Source: Raillietiella orientalis (lineage: Eukaryota). From it: a DNA stretch of 64,000 bases. The notes under the pieces are model-generated. The model saw only the letters and a program-made list of their open reading frames with translations, was not told the origin of the DNA and made no database searches. Position 1 is the stretch's first letter; every line of letters begins with the position of its first letter. A program made the translations under genes and the position numbers. The stretch lies in NCBI GenBank assembly GCA_036172245.1, contig JAYWIR010000001.1:2170001-2234000 (forward strand), given 5' to 3'. This document shows, one piece after another, positions 1 to 13,020 of this stretch.

Positions 1-142
1 TCGTTGCCGTTGTTCTCCCAGTCGGAGTCGCTTCTGTACGGTGCCGAAATTTCGGTAGTGACATCTATATTCTCAATGGCGATTTCAGGAATCGTTTCAT
101 TGGCATTGTATGGAACCAACACTGCAGGTTTGCTTGCAGTAT
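1..142 (-). CDS. Probable second exon of the same gene, running off the window edge
   Basis: Acceptor TTCCTTGCAG ends at 143. A phase-1 join to exon 1 gives an open frame ...VADTASKPAVLVPYNANETIPEIAIENIDVTTEISAPYRSDSDWENNGN to position 1. Confidence 0.5.
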
Positions 143-671
143 CTGCAAGGAATCACAGTCATTTTGACTTGCTCATCCATTCGCCACTACACAACCAGCA
201 CGAGCTGCTTGATTCGAATTTCAAGACCATCCTTCCGGAATGAAAAACGCTTACCAACTCACTGTTTCTGAACAAGACACAACAGCATTCTTTCTTTCTT
301 GCCCTCCAAGCATACAGTTGTTTAGTCCACGGTTTCGCAGCAGTGAAAACATGAACGAATGGTAACCGATGGTGACCAATCGTTGCCATGCAGGCAGTCA
401 CACTGAGCATCTCGCAAAACGCAACTTTCCTGAACAGACACTTCAAAACACTGAACCTACTGACTCTCGGGCATGTACTGTCAAGGTCTACCACGGATTT
501 TCCCCACTCAAAAAAAATACGCCTCCGCAGTTCCCCCCTTCCCACAGCGACATGCTCTTTGGAAACCATCCTGACAATCTGTTTGTCTCCGATGCCTGCG
601 TTCTAATATTCTAAGCGGCACACAACGAGCCCCGGATTCGCAACGAACCGAACTTGGAGGAAATGAGGTAC

Positions 672-840
672 CTGCTACGGGCTCCGGCGTCGTTTGCACT
701 GGCGTTTCAGTTCCAAATGCATTCAAGTTGGACTTCAATTTCTGCAGAATATCGACATCCTCTTCGGAATTATCGTCATCGTTTTCGGAGTCTGTGTACA
801 TTGCCGAGAGCGATGCTAGGCTCGTCACAGGCGCAGCCAT
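672..840 (-). CDS. SAP30BP: First coding exon of a probable SAP30-binding protein (HCNGP family)-like gene
   Basis: Translates MAAPVTSLASLSAMYTDSENDDDNSEED..., resembling the LxSL..YxDSE + acidic N-terminus of SAP30BP orthologues as I recall it. Ends in a GT donor (GCAG|GTAC) at 671-670, phase 1. The diagnostic HCNGP domain is not in the window. Confidence 0.55.
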
Positions 841-3800
841 CGTTCATTTTCTGCAGACACGCGTGTGTTATATTGAAGAAACTGCAGAGCTGGACCGAGC
901 AACGTGCTGGGGATGCTTTCCACACTTATTTTATGGAACGGACGATTTCACGCGACACCAGGCACAATGCACTTGCTCTGCAGGCTCCCTGGAACGAAGC
1001 AGGGTTGCCGACTTCCCAACGAACTCGGATTTCGAACTGTTCCCGCTCAAATTAAGAAGAGGCTTAATATGCCTCGCTGCTGTTGCGTATTGAGAAAGCG
1101 CATCCAACCAGATGTTCCAATTCGTAGATTACCTTAGCGTTCGCGTGCGTGGAAGTGGAATTCTGCTTCGGTTGAAAGTGATGGAACTACGAAGATGCGT
1201 AGAGCAGGATGGATGCGAACATCGTTGGTTACTCGTTGCGACCTAGGGAAAGGGCCTTTTTTGTCATTAGGATGAACTTAGTTTCCAACTCTCTTACATT
1301 GTTGTTGTTCTGTTCGTTGTGGTATCTGCAATGCATGGAAAGATGAGAAAGCACGAACGGGTGTTGGAGTCGAAATCAAGAGTGCTGACTCCGAGCAGTT
1401 TTGGTTGCTGCGGATGTCTCGACCCGCAGCGTGTCTAATCGGTCGTAGTGGAAGCTTCGGGAAGCAGGAGCAGCGAATTTTTCTCCTGATGCATCCCTCT
1501 TGGAACTTTTCATCCAAAATCATAATTCGGACGGGTGCGGTGACTCACCTATTATTTCTCCGTAGCGACAATGAGTAAATTATGGAACTTTCCATACGCT
1601 GTCCATCGATAAAATAGTCCTCGAACGAAGTCTTTTGCATGTGTGGACATCGAAACGCTCTCTTCGGTCGGCTTAGCAGCCGCCAGCTGCACTCCCTGCC
1701 AGCAGGTATGCATTCCTTCCTTCCTTCTTCCGTACACGGGACAGAAGTCAGCCGAAGCTTTTCACGTGTTTTTACTTGCGAATAAATAAGTCAGCGTCAA
1801 AATGGTTTCTCGTTTGGAGAAAAAGTGCGATGGAATGGAATATTTCAAAAATTTGAAATACCGTGGCCGAGAGTTTGCAGCAAATGGCGAAGCTGCTCTT
1901 ACGGTTAATGGACGCGTGACTGTTTTCGTCAAAATCTTAATCCAAATTCATTGCATCGGCGTTGCAGAAAGTGATTATGATCTGACAAATAATGTTTCAG
2001 TTTGTTTCTTGGATTCCTCGTTCTATGGTAACGGAACGAAGGCTCTTCGGATAGGCACGCATCGTTGGATAGGCATCGCAAAGACGTCTTTCGAAGAACG
2101 TTGTCAACGGTCTGCCTCTTGCCAAGTTTCTGATCTTGGCCTGCACGGTGAAATGTTACCCAACGTGTTTTGGAGCACCTGCGTGCTTCCGAGGGAGCGG
2201 CGAATGCGAATCCGTGAGAAAATGCAAGAGATGCTTCTGCTTTCTCCCGGTTGCTGTTGCTGATCTACTGGCGCGCCTTTTGGATCCGAGGAGAAGACGA
2301 TCGGCCAAAGATGCTTGACAATTTGTTCCGTTCGTTCCCGATTGCTGCAGCACGTTGACTGGGAACTTTCGTACTTTGCGACCGACGCGTTACCGAGCGC
2401 TGGGCGGTTTGTCTGGTTTCGCGTGTTCTGTCGGGATGTTTCCCACACGACTTCATCGATTCGGCATGGAAAAGGGGAGACCATCTGAAGTCGCATACCA
2501 TCTCTGCGTGCTTTTCAAGCGATGCTTCATTTCTATGAAACTCGGTTTGGAACAGGAAATCCAAGTGTATCTGTAGGAGGCAATGGCTGCGTTGACTTTG
2601 TGGAGCTGGTGCAACGAACTGGGCAGCATGGCTGTCTTCCTGCCGTGAGCCATGCGGAAGACAGAGACCATCCGCATTCAGTAATTTTCGAAGCGGTTTC
2701 TCCTTGTTCGATGAGAACAAAGTAGACATTGCAATAAATTCAGAAAACCTACTTGTGCAGTTTTTTTTTCTTTTGCTTTGGTTCGCCAAAGGAAGTGCAT
2801 CAGTAATTTTGGTTTTTTGTTTGGTGGCAGAAGCCGATTTCATTTTCTCCGAGTAAGCACTAGGCTCTCGTGCGTTTCCACAGTAAGAGACTTCTGCTTA
2901 TTACTTACAAGTTGTTGGAAGGCTGATTTTATGTTGGTGCGTAAATGAGTTCAAGGATGCTTACCACGAGCTGCGTTAAGTGATTGTCCAACTTTTTCAA
3001 TAACTCCGATTTCCTTAGTCATGTCTGTGGTTCGCAGAAGAGATTTTTTTCATAGCCTTCGGTTGAGAATCGTGGAGTACCTGAAGGTACCTACCCATCT
3101 CTAATTTCTTTGCTCAGAGGAGCAAGAGTGTTTGTTCATGGGTATTTTCAGTAGATTCACTCGTCTCTTCATTCCATGTTCTTCAGGCTGATGTGTCAGT
3201 TGCTGTTGCTTGTGCATCTAAGAATTGGAACAGCTTAACAGCTGTTTCATTTGCTCCAGGAAGGTGGTGGACAGCTGCCCACTGAGTGGACGCGACCCGA
3301 TGCCCCGTGAGAACTTTCCAGTGCACATTCCCAGTGCCGAGTTTTCTTCACCTTCAACGAACTTGTTTCGCGTGGAGTTTTTCCAATTCCAAGGCCTTGA
3401 GCTTCGTTTCCAAAACCGAAAACTCGGAAACGCCATGATGCTCGAAGACAATGGCCGCAAAGATGCACGGACAGTTGATGTCTGGTAGGCTGTAAAAGCC
3501 AGCATTTGGGAAAGGGACTCTGGATGAGGCATGATATACTCGCTGCTCTATTGCAGCCATCGGAAGATCGCAATGGATGAAAGTGTACAAAATCTTGAAT
3601 TGCATCCAAAGCACGAGAGAATGGATGATAGTTTCTGGAGGTTTCGCTCGCCATGATTCGGTTCTTGGATGTCTTTTAATTTTCCGATGCAGCTGATCTG
3701 AGTTCCTTGCAGGAAACTCGTACGATAAAAATCAAATGACCACCGTTCAAAAGGAATTTATTAGGCATATATGATCTTGTGAAGTACAAAGTACTCGGCC

Positions 3801-4744
3801 TTAACTGATGACGCTGCTTTGTGCTTCAGCAATGGAAATTGCTATAAAGTATGGGAATACAGATGGTTATCTTGTACATTTCTGATTATACGGTCGGAAG
3901 CTACGCATTCTGTCCCTATTGATGTTTTCGGACATTGCTCCAAATGGTTTTTATGGGTAGGGGAGGGGTCAAAATGCAGTGCCGTTGATTTCATTCCGAG
4001 GTTCTCGAAACGAAGTGTGGAGCTTCTGTTCTCGAAGCTTCCATTTGTTCCCTGCAATAACCGGAAGTAGGAAAGACAATTACTGGTGCTATTTCCTAGT
4101 CTCTGCTCGGAGTCATTCGTCTCCTCCATCCTTTACTTCTCTCACAGTGTGGCCTTCCTCTTCAGTGTGATGGCTCATTTCTCAATTTTACAAATTCAAA
4201 ATGCATCACGGAATGAAGCATTTTGCTCTTCGAAGCGAAAAGCTTCCTTACACAGACGAAGTGGATCTATCGAGTTTTCGAACGTCCATTACTGGAAGTT
4301 CATGAAGTTTTGTCGCCCGGCCACTCCGGGTGTTTTATAAAAGATAAACCAGTTAAGAACACGCTGGTTTCCAACCAAAGACAAAAGAATTTCAAGGGGA
4401 GGGTCCACCGACATGCAGACTGGGATAGCAAAAAGTCCGGAGCGGGGGAAGGATACGGGAACAATAACAACAACAAAAAACATAACCCGGTAGGATGGGG
4501 CAGGGATCTTTGAATTCGCTCCCGGGACCACTTCATTACGTCCTGCATCACCACTTCCAGGGGTCTTGGCTACAGATGTCGCAGGGAGTGAAGATCTTCA
4601 GGGTTCATTCCCTGGAATGCAGCACAGGACTCAACAGCCTCCAGCCACCAAGCACTGTAGTTCTTTGAGCGGCAAGGAATCCATGGCTGGGTTTTCACTA
4701 GGGAGGCAAGTGGCCTCAGGGGGGAGCCAAAATTCATGAAGTGG

Positions 4745-5085
4745 ATCTCCAGGAACGAACTTCCTCTTAAGACCAGACTTGGTGATGAAAAAAGGAAACC
4801 GGTTCATAGTGCTGGACGTCTGCTGCCCGTACGAGGGTGGAGGAGAGGCATTCAGCGCAGCTACGAGGAGAAAACAGGAAAAATACAAGCAAGTAGCTCC
4901 CCAGCTAGGCAGAGAGGGAAAGCAACGCTGAGGGCATGCTTTCATATTTGTCTTACTGGGAGTCTGAGATCCAGGTAACGAGGTGCTCCAGGATCTTGGA
5001 ATTACAAAAAAGCACTCGGTGACGATGAGGAACCGGAAGGTTTCGTACATCCGGTATTCCAGCGACATCATGTAGCCCACATCAC
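4745..5085 (+). mobile_element. Decayed C-terminal restriction-endonuclease-like domain of a REL non-LTR retrotransposon (NeSL/Utopia/R2-group-like)
   Basis: Frame not shown in the ORF track reads PGTNFLLRPDLVMKKGNRFIVLDVCCPYEGGGEAFSAATRRKQEKYKQV...FIFVLLGV*DPGNEVLQDLGITKKHSVTMR...VSYIRYSSDIM. This carries the RPD..D, KxxKY and LGxWDPxN pattern, with in-frame stops. Confidence 0.8.
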
Positions 5086-5554
5086 ACGAAGGACCGACAA
5101 ACAGATGTAGCAGAACCCCAACGGTCAGCTCTCGCGTGACAGAGGAGAGGAAGACGAGGAAACGACATGCTGAAGGGTGACGGGCGTCCCAGAAGAACAG
5201 GGGAGGAATCTCGGAAGAATGTCAAGAGCTTCCCCTGCAACATGCTATTTAATTGTAAATCAAAACAAGAAAAAACTGTGGGCCTCCCACCATCCGTCTG
5301 CCATGGCTTCAGAACATTCTGAGATGGGAATACCTTCTTGGCAACCAATGAGGTCTCGCATTCAGCCATCACGTGCTCACATTTTCTGATTGTCATCACA
5401 AGCATCCAACGGTGATTTCTTTCATTGGACAGTTCGTGCACCTCGTGGCAACTGTCGCATCGTTCAAGGCCAACCATATCAACTCATCTCAGCTCGTCCA
5501 ATTTGTTGCACACTCGGAAGGAGCGCACATCGCTTAGGGTGCTGGTCCTCCCAT

Positions 5555-6709
5555 TCATCGTCGGCGGAATTCACAAAGAGAGCGTGCTGCGACCTTGCGT
5601 GCGGATTTTCCTCTTCGAGGTCGACGCGGCTCGTAACGAATGAGCCAACCAGGTCGTGAGTTCGAGAAGAATTCCTCTTCCTCCCGACGGCGGGAGCGGA
5701 TTTCGGGAATCAGAGAGGGCGCTTTCAATCCTTCATGCGTCACCGGAGGCGGAAGCATCTTCATGGTGCTTGGAAGAGCGTGCGGTTGGACGGAGAGCTG
5801 TGAAGAAGAGTCCGCAGCCAACGGCGCCTTGTCTCTCTGTCTTCTGGCTACGGAGACCGGAGGAGGAAGCGGGGTGCGAGCGCAGCCTGGAGTAGTTCTT
5901 CACGACTCTGGCCATCCACATTGAGAACATCTGGTGGAGCGTCGGCGGGGAGCTTTCGGCGTGTTGAACAGCGCAGCGGCGGAGCTGCCTCCGGCGGTCG
6001 GCTATGGCGGGGTAGATTTCTGGAGTAGACTGCCGAGCACACGCTCCCACGCACCTGGATCCACGAATAAAAGAGTTGCGGCTTTTCCCATCAAACATGT
6101 GGAGACCGTGATGAGGACGATGAGACCAAAGTTTCCGGGAATGATCTTTGGTGGCGGCGAAAGGATAAGGAGGATAAGGAGCGACTTTTTCTCGTTTCGA
6201 AATACAGAGAAGGAAGGGGTACTGAAACGGGTAAGGAGATGGCTGCCAAGGGCAACGTGGATGGCGTTCTTGAGTTTGTCGGGCAGGGAGGCAGCATCCG
6301 TTGCTGGTTCTGGTGAGCACCCCACGGCATAGTCGGAAAGCGTAGACAGATAGCACCCTGAGGTTTTCGCCGTGGACGCAATGAGTTTTGCAAGCAAATC
6401 CCAGAAGGAAAGGACGTGCTGAATTCTCTCTTTGGGATATCGGGAGGCGGTTTGGAAGAGGCATCTTTTTGCAGCAGGTTTCCTAAGTCCGCTGCCGTTC
6501 GAGCGCAACGGAAGAGCTTCTGCACCTTCGTCTTTCAGGGAGATTTCAGAGATGGCAGCAAACAGAGCGACCGAGGGAGCAGTCGGGAAACCTCCCTCCC
6601 TTGTTGAGTTGCGACGTTTAGGCAGATCGATTTCTCCCGGAAGAATTTCAGAATTCCCCGCTTCACCGCTTTTGGTGCGCTTCCGGAGTTCTCGGATGCG
6701 CTGCTGCAT
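5555..6709 (-). pseudogene. Possible decayed retroelement ORF1/gag-like frame
   Basis: The 235-aa ORF 6002-6709 continues past stops into an RCSQCG motif and a low-complexity Pro/Arg tail. GC-rich like neighbouring elements; no firm motif. Confidence 0.3.
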
Positions 6710-7089
6710 CTAGTTATGCTTTCGGTCCTCCTCATATTCGTATCCTCTTCCTGACACCCAGTTCGCTTTTCCGGATGATGTCCTGGTTTCTGCTCTTCCG
6801 CGCGAAGCAAGCAAGCGGGCCAACACTGTGCGGCAGATTTCTTTTGCCGAAGACCTTCAATGAGAACACGCGATGGTACAGGAAAAATTCCAAGGTCCCG
6901 ACCTTTCACCGAGTCTACTGCTGGCTACCCGTTGTGTCCGATCGATTCACGCTCTCTTCCTGTTGGAACGAAAGATCGCTGCGTGTGCTGCTGAGCGGAA
7001 GAAGAATTGCACAAGTTCGAGGGATTTTCCGAGAGGAAATGGTCAGGGAGGGGAGGCGGGAATGCTTGGTTGTTGCTCGCAATTCCTCG

Positions 7090-7840
7090 GCGTCCAGACC
7101 GACTGTTCATTTAGCAACTGTTCGCTCCGGGAGATCCTGGAACACCCGTTGGAGAGTGCGTGGACAGGACTGACAAATTCCTTTGCCGTCGCGCTGCCCT
7201 CCCTGAGGGAACATATGGGCAGCAGCCTTGCAGCTAGATGGGAGGTTAGTGTGAACATCTTCGCCAGGAGGAAAGGATTGAGTGGACGACGGTCCAGCTT
7301 AGGAACGTTGCAACCCCGAATGCCCCTCCTCGAAAATATTTGCTCTGGGGCGGACTATTAGGTGTTCCTGAGAAAGACCTGCAGTGGTCCCCAGTGCTTT
7401 TGGATAGACTCACCCTCCGACTGAAGTGGAAGGAGTCGGCGCTGATGTTGCTGAACTGGGGCCTTCCGTGGAATGTCCGCCGACGTCACTGGACATGAAG
7501 TATGTGTGGACCCAAACTGTGGCAGGTGTGGGGAGCATGAATCCCTCCCTCACCTGCTTGTGAATTGCATTGCCCTCCGAATCCTCTGGATACGCTTTAC
7601 CGCGACCTTAGAAGCCTCCAACTTCAGGGACATTCCAAGGCCCCTCTTCCTACGAGACGCCCTTTGGCCGTCAACCTCGCTGGCGGCACTCTTGCTTACG
7701 CGGGATTGTAGCTGAAGCCACACAAGAGGAGGACCAAGCAACCTGCCATCCGCTTTGCCACCCGCATCATGAGGATAGCAAGGAGATGGCCCCACATGAA
7801 GCGCTGCATGCGGCAAGAGCTCATGGGAGCGCGTTGTCGT
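7090..7840 (+). mobile_element. L1/Tx1-like LINE fragment, ORF2 C-terminus
   Basis: DPNCGRCGEHESLPHLLVNCIALRILW (CCHC) preceded by WKESALMLLNWGLP. Homologous by eye to the copy at 15301-16365. 3' UTR absent. Confidence 0.85.
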
Positions 7841-7983
7841 GAAGAACAACCATTCCTGATCTCAGCGTTCCACGTCGTCGGTTCTGAATGGCACGCCGCA
7901 GTCTTGAAAGCGTTTCACAGAAGACTTGCGAAGTGATGGTTGCTCCAGGCTCCATAAAGTCCACCAAAAGCACATCTTTTTGG

Positions 7984-8268
7984 TCCCACACACTCCTGTC
8001 CGCACATTCCAGACAATTCAGAACAAATTAGAATGGGAACTTTTTGATCACTCCCCTTACAGTCCTGACCTCGCGCCTAGTGACTACCATGTCTTCCTGC
8101 ACTTCCAGATTGCTTCAACGATTCGAAGAAAGTGAGGAGTTGAAAACTGCAGGGCTCTGAATCGGCTGAACTGCCAGGCGGCGGAATTTCATGCAGATGG
8201 TTTCAAAAAGCTTGTTCCACGGTATCCAATGTGTTTGGGAAAAAACGGGGATTACGTAGAAAAAAAAC
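7984..8268 (+). mobile_element. Mariner (DD34D) transposase C-terminal fragment
   Basis: WELFDHSPYSPDLAPSDYHVF followed, after frameshifts, by QAAEFHADGFKKLVPRYPMCLGKNGDYVEK. These are canonical mariner motifs. Confidence 0.9.
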
Positions 8269-8967
8269 ACGGAGATGTGAATCTTTAGAAACACCAATGC
8301 ATTTTCGTTCCTCTTATGTGTTCTTTGTTTTCTATCGGCCTTTATTTTTAAAATGTGCCTCGTATTTACCGACAAATTTTAACGATTAACACTTCTTCAG
8401 CATGCTCATTCTCACGCACTTGGTTCAAGTTACAGAGGTCGTGTTACTCTCAATGTTTCGATTAGAGTCACTGGAGGATGGAAATCAGTTCATCCGCTTA
8501 AGTAGCGTCAGAGATCTTCCCAAGATGCAACGGTATGCCAAGGAGGGTGTCTTGACGCAGTTCCTCATCCCTGTTTCCTTGTTGATCAATCCTTGCCAGA
8601 TGATCATGGCAGGCACTCCCGCTCCAGCTTTCTTCACCTTTGCCCTTCTTATCACGACTCTCGTGATGAAGAGGGTCATGGTAAAGCGAACCATGGGGTT
8701 GTATCGTTCCCCTCAAACATTCCCGCGAAGATCTCCACAATAGTGTGGGTCCACCAAGCGGTCACCTGGTTTTCCTGGCCTACACTTGCTTTGCAGCTCT
8801 TGTCTTCGCTGTTGCCTGCTCAGTGTGCCAATCTGGTGTCGCTCAGAATGTCTCCATGATAAACATCAAAAGGTCATCTTCAGTGTCGGGTGGTAGGTCG
8901 TTGAACCACACGATCCCTCCAGTCGCTCGCAGGCTCACGTCGTGGCACTCGTAGCAGCTGGTAGAGG

Positions 8968-9660
8968 TTTTCACCCAATGACACCGGCACGTTTATTTTA
9001 AAAAAAGCAAACTAAAAGGTAGAAAAGGGGAATAGAAGACGAGAAATGCCTCCCCCCCCTTTCCAAAAGGAATAACCACCGACACGCAGACCGGATTCCA
9101 GGAAGCTTTTCACCCGGATAAGCCGGGGCTTTTATTTTTAAAATTTTATATTATTAGTTATAATTGTATGTAGTCTTTTGGGCATAGTTTTTTCCAGAAC
9201 ACATGGTTCTGGAAGTGATTTTTCACTTGCCCTTACTGGCCCGCTGGCCGGTGTGGTGCTCTCCACGGGCGAAAGGGACGGGAAAACCAAAAAAAAAAAA
9301 AAAAAAACAGAAGAAAAAAACAAAGCACAAACGCCGGGGGGACAAAAGTTTTATGGAAGGAAGTAGGGAACGGAGGAAGGAGACAACAGATAAATGAATA
9401 AATAAAAAGAAGGAAGGGTGGGGAAAGGGATCTTTGATTGAAGAAGTTCCTTTCCTTTTAGAAGTGACTCTGGACGGTGGCGATCTCCCTAACGACATCT
9501 TCTGGCGGATGAGGCCATCTTGCTGCTGTCCTCATCAGGGCTGCCGTCATTCTAGTAGTCTCTATTCGCCGCGAACCTGACTCCAACACGTAGCGGGCTG
9601 CTGTCACTATGCGCGGATGCAACAGATTGCTCTTGATCACAGCATCCCATCGGTCGGATG
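8968..9660 (-). mobile_element. Short 5'-truncated L1/Tx1-like copy (ORF2 tail + 3' UTR), interrupted by a nested insertion
   Basis: TAARWPHPPEDVVREIATVQSHF* matches SAATWPHLLEDVRKEISGIQ at ~51.1 kb. Its 3' UTR is split by 9106-9357. Degenerate terminal hairpin and AATAAA at 8971-8997. Confidence 0.75.
9106..9357 (-). mobile_element. 3'-UTR-only LINE insertion nested in another copy's 3' UTR
   Basis: Similar to the 3' UTR at 19735-19909. Flanked by the direct repeat AGGAAG at 9100-9105 and 9358-9363 (candidate TSD). Confidence 0.65.
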
Positions 9661-9689
9661 TATATCGGCGCGCTCCGCGAGATGGGTGA

Positions 9690-11622
9690 GTGGTTTGGCG
9701 TGTGGTTGTGTTCGGCGGCGGTCCGATGGCTGAAATGCCAATTAGCTCTGCCAGTGAAGCTCAGAGAGCAGGGGTGAAAGCTATAGCACCCAGAGCGACG
9801 GCGGAGACCCCCATCTCTTCCGCAGAAGAATCGATGTCCCCAGGAGGACTCTGTGGAGCGCTGTGGCTGCGGCACCTTCGCCAGCGACCGCGGCAGAGGC
9901 TAAGGCCTACCTATCCTCAGGCTACAACCCGTGCCTGAGGTACAAGGTAGGTCAATTATGGAACCCGGAGGTAGCGCGCTTCTCGAGGGAACTGTACAAG
10001 AGGAAGTCGCCCTCTCCATTCTGTGCGGTGGACAGACAGTCGAGGTGGCTTGCAAGGAGGTGAGCCTTGCCCAAAGACTGACGCACACACCGATCAGAAT
10101 CGGAGGACGCAAAATCTTTTCAGTGACAGAGGACCGCTCCAAGGTCGTGCACCTCACCGGAATTACGGTGAGGATGACCAAAAAAGCGGCCGTCGCTCAC
10201 TGCAACAGCACGGGACGGTCCACGCACTGTGGTCAAAGCCCAGAGTCTTACCTGACTTCCAGGGGATGATCAGCGGGCTAGCCGGAGCGAGTGACTGTCC
10301 GGGAAGGGGAAGTGCTTCCCGACAGACTGGAGGTCAGAGGTGAACCCATCGACCTCTGGTACGCGGGGAAGCCCAAGGTCTGCACACACTGTGGCAAGTC
10401 GTGTCACCTGAAGAGAAGGTGCCCTGACATTAAATGCTACAGATGCGGGAAGAGCAGGCAAATGAAATTCTTGTGCCCGCTCAGACCCGGCAGACGTTCC
10501 AAGAGCGGGCCGGAGCAAAAAAATAAATAAAAAAAAATAAATATGGGAACAAAGAAAAAAGATGGCGCGCAATTTCCTCCGAAGAAAGAAAATAGATGGG
10601 GGATGCCAGCAAGGAGGTTCTTCCTCCCGATGCAACCGTGATAAGTCCTATCGACGCCGAGGCAGCACAGGAGGAAAAATGCTGTAAGGTGGTGACCCTC
10701 CGAAAAGAAAAAAGAAAAAAAACATACAAAGAAATGAAAAAATCACGCGGCTTTCACAGTCTAAAGCTCCGAAGGCTGCGGAAGACGCTATCAATTGCGC
10801 TGTTAGGCAGGTTGCGGAGGCCGTTGTCGTTGAGATCAATGACCTCGGAAATAACAGCGCGATCGACACGACGGCCACTCCTTTTGGCCTCGAAGCGGCT
10901 GCACCCAACAGCGCAACGGCAAATGTTGAGATTGCGAAGTCGCCAGCCGTCGGAGGCGTAACAACGCGCGCGGCCGCAAAGATCGGCCGGAGGGGAATCT
11001 GGAGACCCGTAGAGGAACCTCTCCAGGGGTCATCGAAATCCGATGCCGATACCGTGACCACTCGCCTCCAGCCGGAGACTTGCCGCTCGACATTGCGAAA
11101 GGTCAAAGCGGCTAGAACGCTCCAGGCCCGAGTCGAGCAGGAGGAAGCCTCCGAACTAGGAAGGATGCAGGAACGTTATGGGGAATCCTCAGTGGAGGCT
11201 GCCCCGCGAACTCCCGCACAAAATGAAGGGATGGAGGAAGGGGATGTGGTTCAGGTTCCCCTTCCTCTCCCAGCCACCGCACCGGCCGAGAGCTGGGTGG
11301 GTGCTACACCGGCAGATTCCCTGCAGTAGTGCATGGAATCGCATCCTCCTGTCTCTTGGGCGTGGCCGTTTGGAACTTGAACGGCCTTGAAAGGTCCGAC
11401 GTCGGGAAAACACGCGACCAAGTCCATGCCTACGGAACTTCGAATTGGCACTCCTCCAGGAGATACACGTGATTTCGGACGAGCATGCCGCCGTCTTCGA
11501 ATGGAACGCGGGCGTAAAGCTGCATTGACGGTGTGGCACCCGTAACTCGAGCAGGATGGTCTTCCTGATAAAGCCAGCCATCATGCGTACGGTGCATACA
11601 GTACGGTTCGAGGTGGCCACCC
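9690..11622 (+). mobile_element. 5' half of an L1/Tx1-like LINE: frameshifted ORF1 plus start of the APE endonuclease
   Basis: LPDRLEVRGEPIDLWYAGKPKVCTHCGKSCHLKRRCPDIKCYRCGK (two zinc knuckles). ORF1 stop at 11329. The region after ATG 11333 yields VAVWNLNGL and LALLQEIH with frameshifts. Confidence 0.85.
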
Positions 11623-11689
11623 GGAGTGACTGGGTGGCCACCTCGAACCTTCTGGAAAGCCCCATTGCCACTTTCCCAGGATTAGCACC

Positions 11690-11870
11690 TGGGCTCACCT
11701 GTCGCCGTCGGATCCGCGTAGCCTGCTGGAACGTCAACGGGCTGCGCAACGACGGCAACAGGCGGGATACGCCCGGCACCCTGTGAGAATTCGACCTGGC
11801 ACTCCTGCAGAAGATTCACGTGATCACCGCGGAGAACGACCAGGAGATCGAGAGGATCACAGAGGGTCGG
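11690..11870 (+). mobile_element. Second, separate APE endonuclease N-terminal fragment
   Basis: RIRVACWNVNGLRNDGNRR...*EFDLALLQKIHVI. Confidence 0.8.
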
Positions 11871-13020
11871 TTGTTTGTCACCCGGGTGCGCCGGGGCGTT
11901 TATTCCTAAACTATTCAGGAACAGAGTTCCCGGACAAAGGACACAGAAGAAACGAAGGGGGGTGCATCCCCGACACGGAGGTCGGTAAACCGAAGGTCCG
12001 GAACGAAAGGGAGGGGACCACAAATACACATATAAAAAATAGAAATAAAGATATAGGGTGGGCAGGGGACAGGGTCTTTGGTTTGGCCGTTTCTTTCTTT
12101 CAGAACCGGCTATGGATGCCGATGATCTCACTCCTAACGCCTTCTGGAAGATGGGGCCACTCGGCAGCCTACGCCATGTTCACACCGGCTATTCCGGTGG
12201 CCTGTCGACGAATCGCCAGCTTCTCCAGTTCTCGGTGGGCCTTGTTGATGGCGCAGGTGCAACAGACCATTGCAATAACAGCACCTAAGGACAGGTCGCC
12301 TGGAGTGAAGAAGCGGCGTATCAAGTATCTTGCGGTGTCCTCCTGGTTCAGGAGAGCTCAGACCAGCCTCCACCACAGTCCTAGGAGGACACCGCAGTCC
12401 AGGAGCAGGTGCAGGAGCGTTTCCACTTCCCCGCACCGCTTACAGTTCGGGGAGAGAACTCCCCCGGAAACACGGTTCGTCCGCTGGTTGGAGTGAAAAC
12501 CCCAATGCACCAGCATGATGACGTCCTGTTTCCAGTTCAGAGGGAACACAGAAGTGCTCAGACACGAGAAGGGACCACAAGTTCTTCGGGGGGCACACTC
12601 ACGTGTTCACTCCACCGAAGGAGTCCCTTCGGGATGTAGCGAGGCGTGGCGGCGTCTGCCAGCTCGCAAGTCCTCCATCCGCCAATGGGTCGTGTTGTTC
12701 CTGCGATGGTGCAGGAGAACTCTCCCACCCCACCGGTTGACTGCTGTTATTTCTTGCCCTCAGGGCAGACAGCGCTGCGGCAAGGGCTGTGACGGTTATT
12801 CGAGACCACTGCATCCAATCTAGCAGATCTTTCAGCGGTATGCGTGGGAAACTCTGCAGAGGTCTCAGTTTTCCTGGGCGCACATCCAAAGTGACAGCCC
12901 AGGACTCCAGATCCTCCTGCCGCCAGGCATACCAGTGTATGAGGGGGCAAGAGATCCACAGGTGAGCTACCAGTTACGAGGACGAATACTTCGGGGGTAG
13001 CCAAATCCGGTTCCACGACC
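11871..13020 (-). mobile_element. 5'-truncated L1/Tx1-like LINE with complete 3' end
   Basis: WKQDVIMLVHWGFHSNQRTNRVSGGVLSPNCKRCGEVETLLHLLLDC. 3' UTR ends AATAAACGC-CCCGG-CGCAC-CCGGG-TGACAAACAA. Confidence 0.9.

Noticed and set aside
1100..4300. Host gene(s) on the minus strand, e.g. ORF 2265-2843
   Set aside because: Some splice-like signals, but no recognisable domain and no consistent exon chain could be built by eye.
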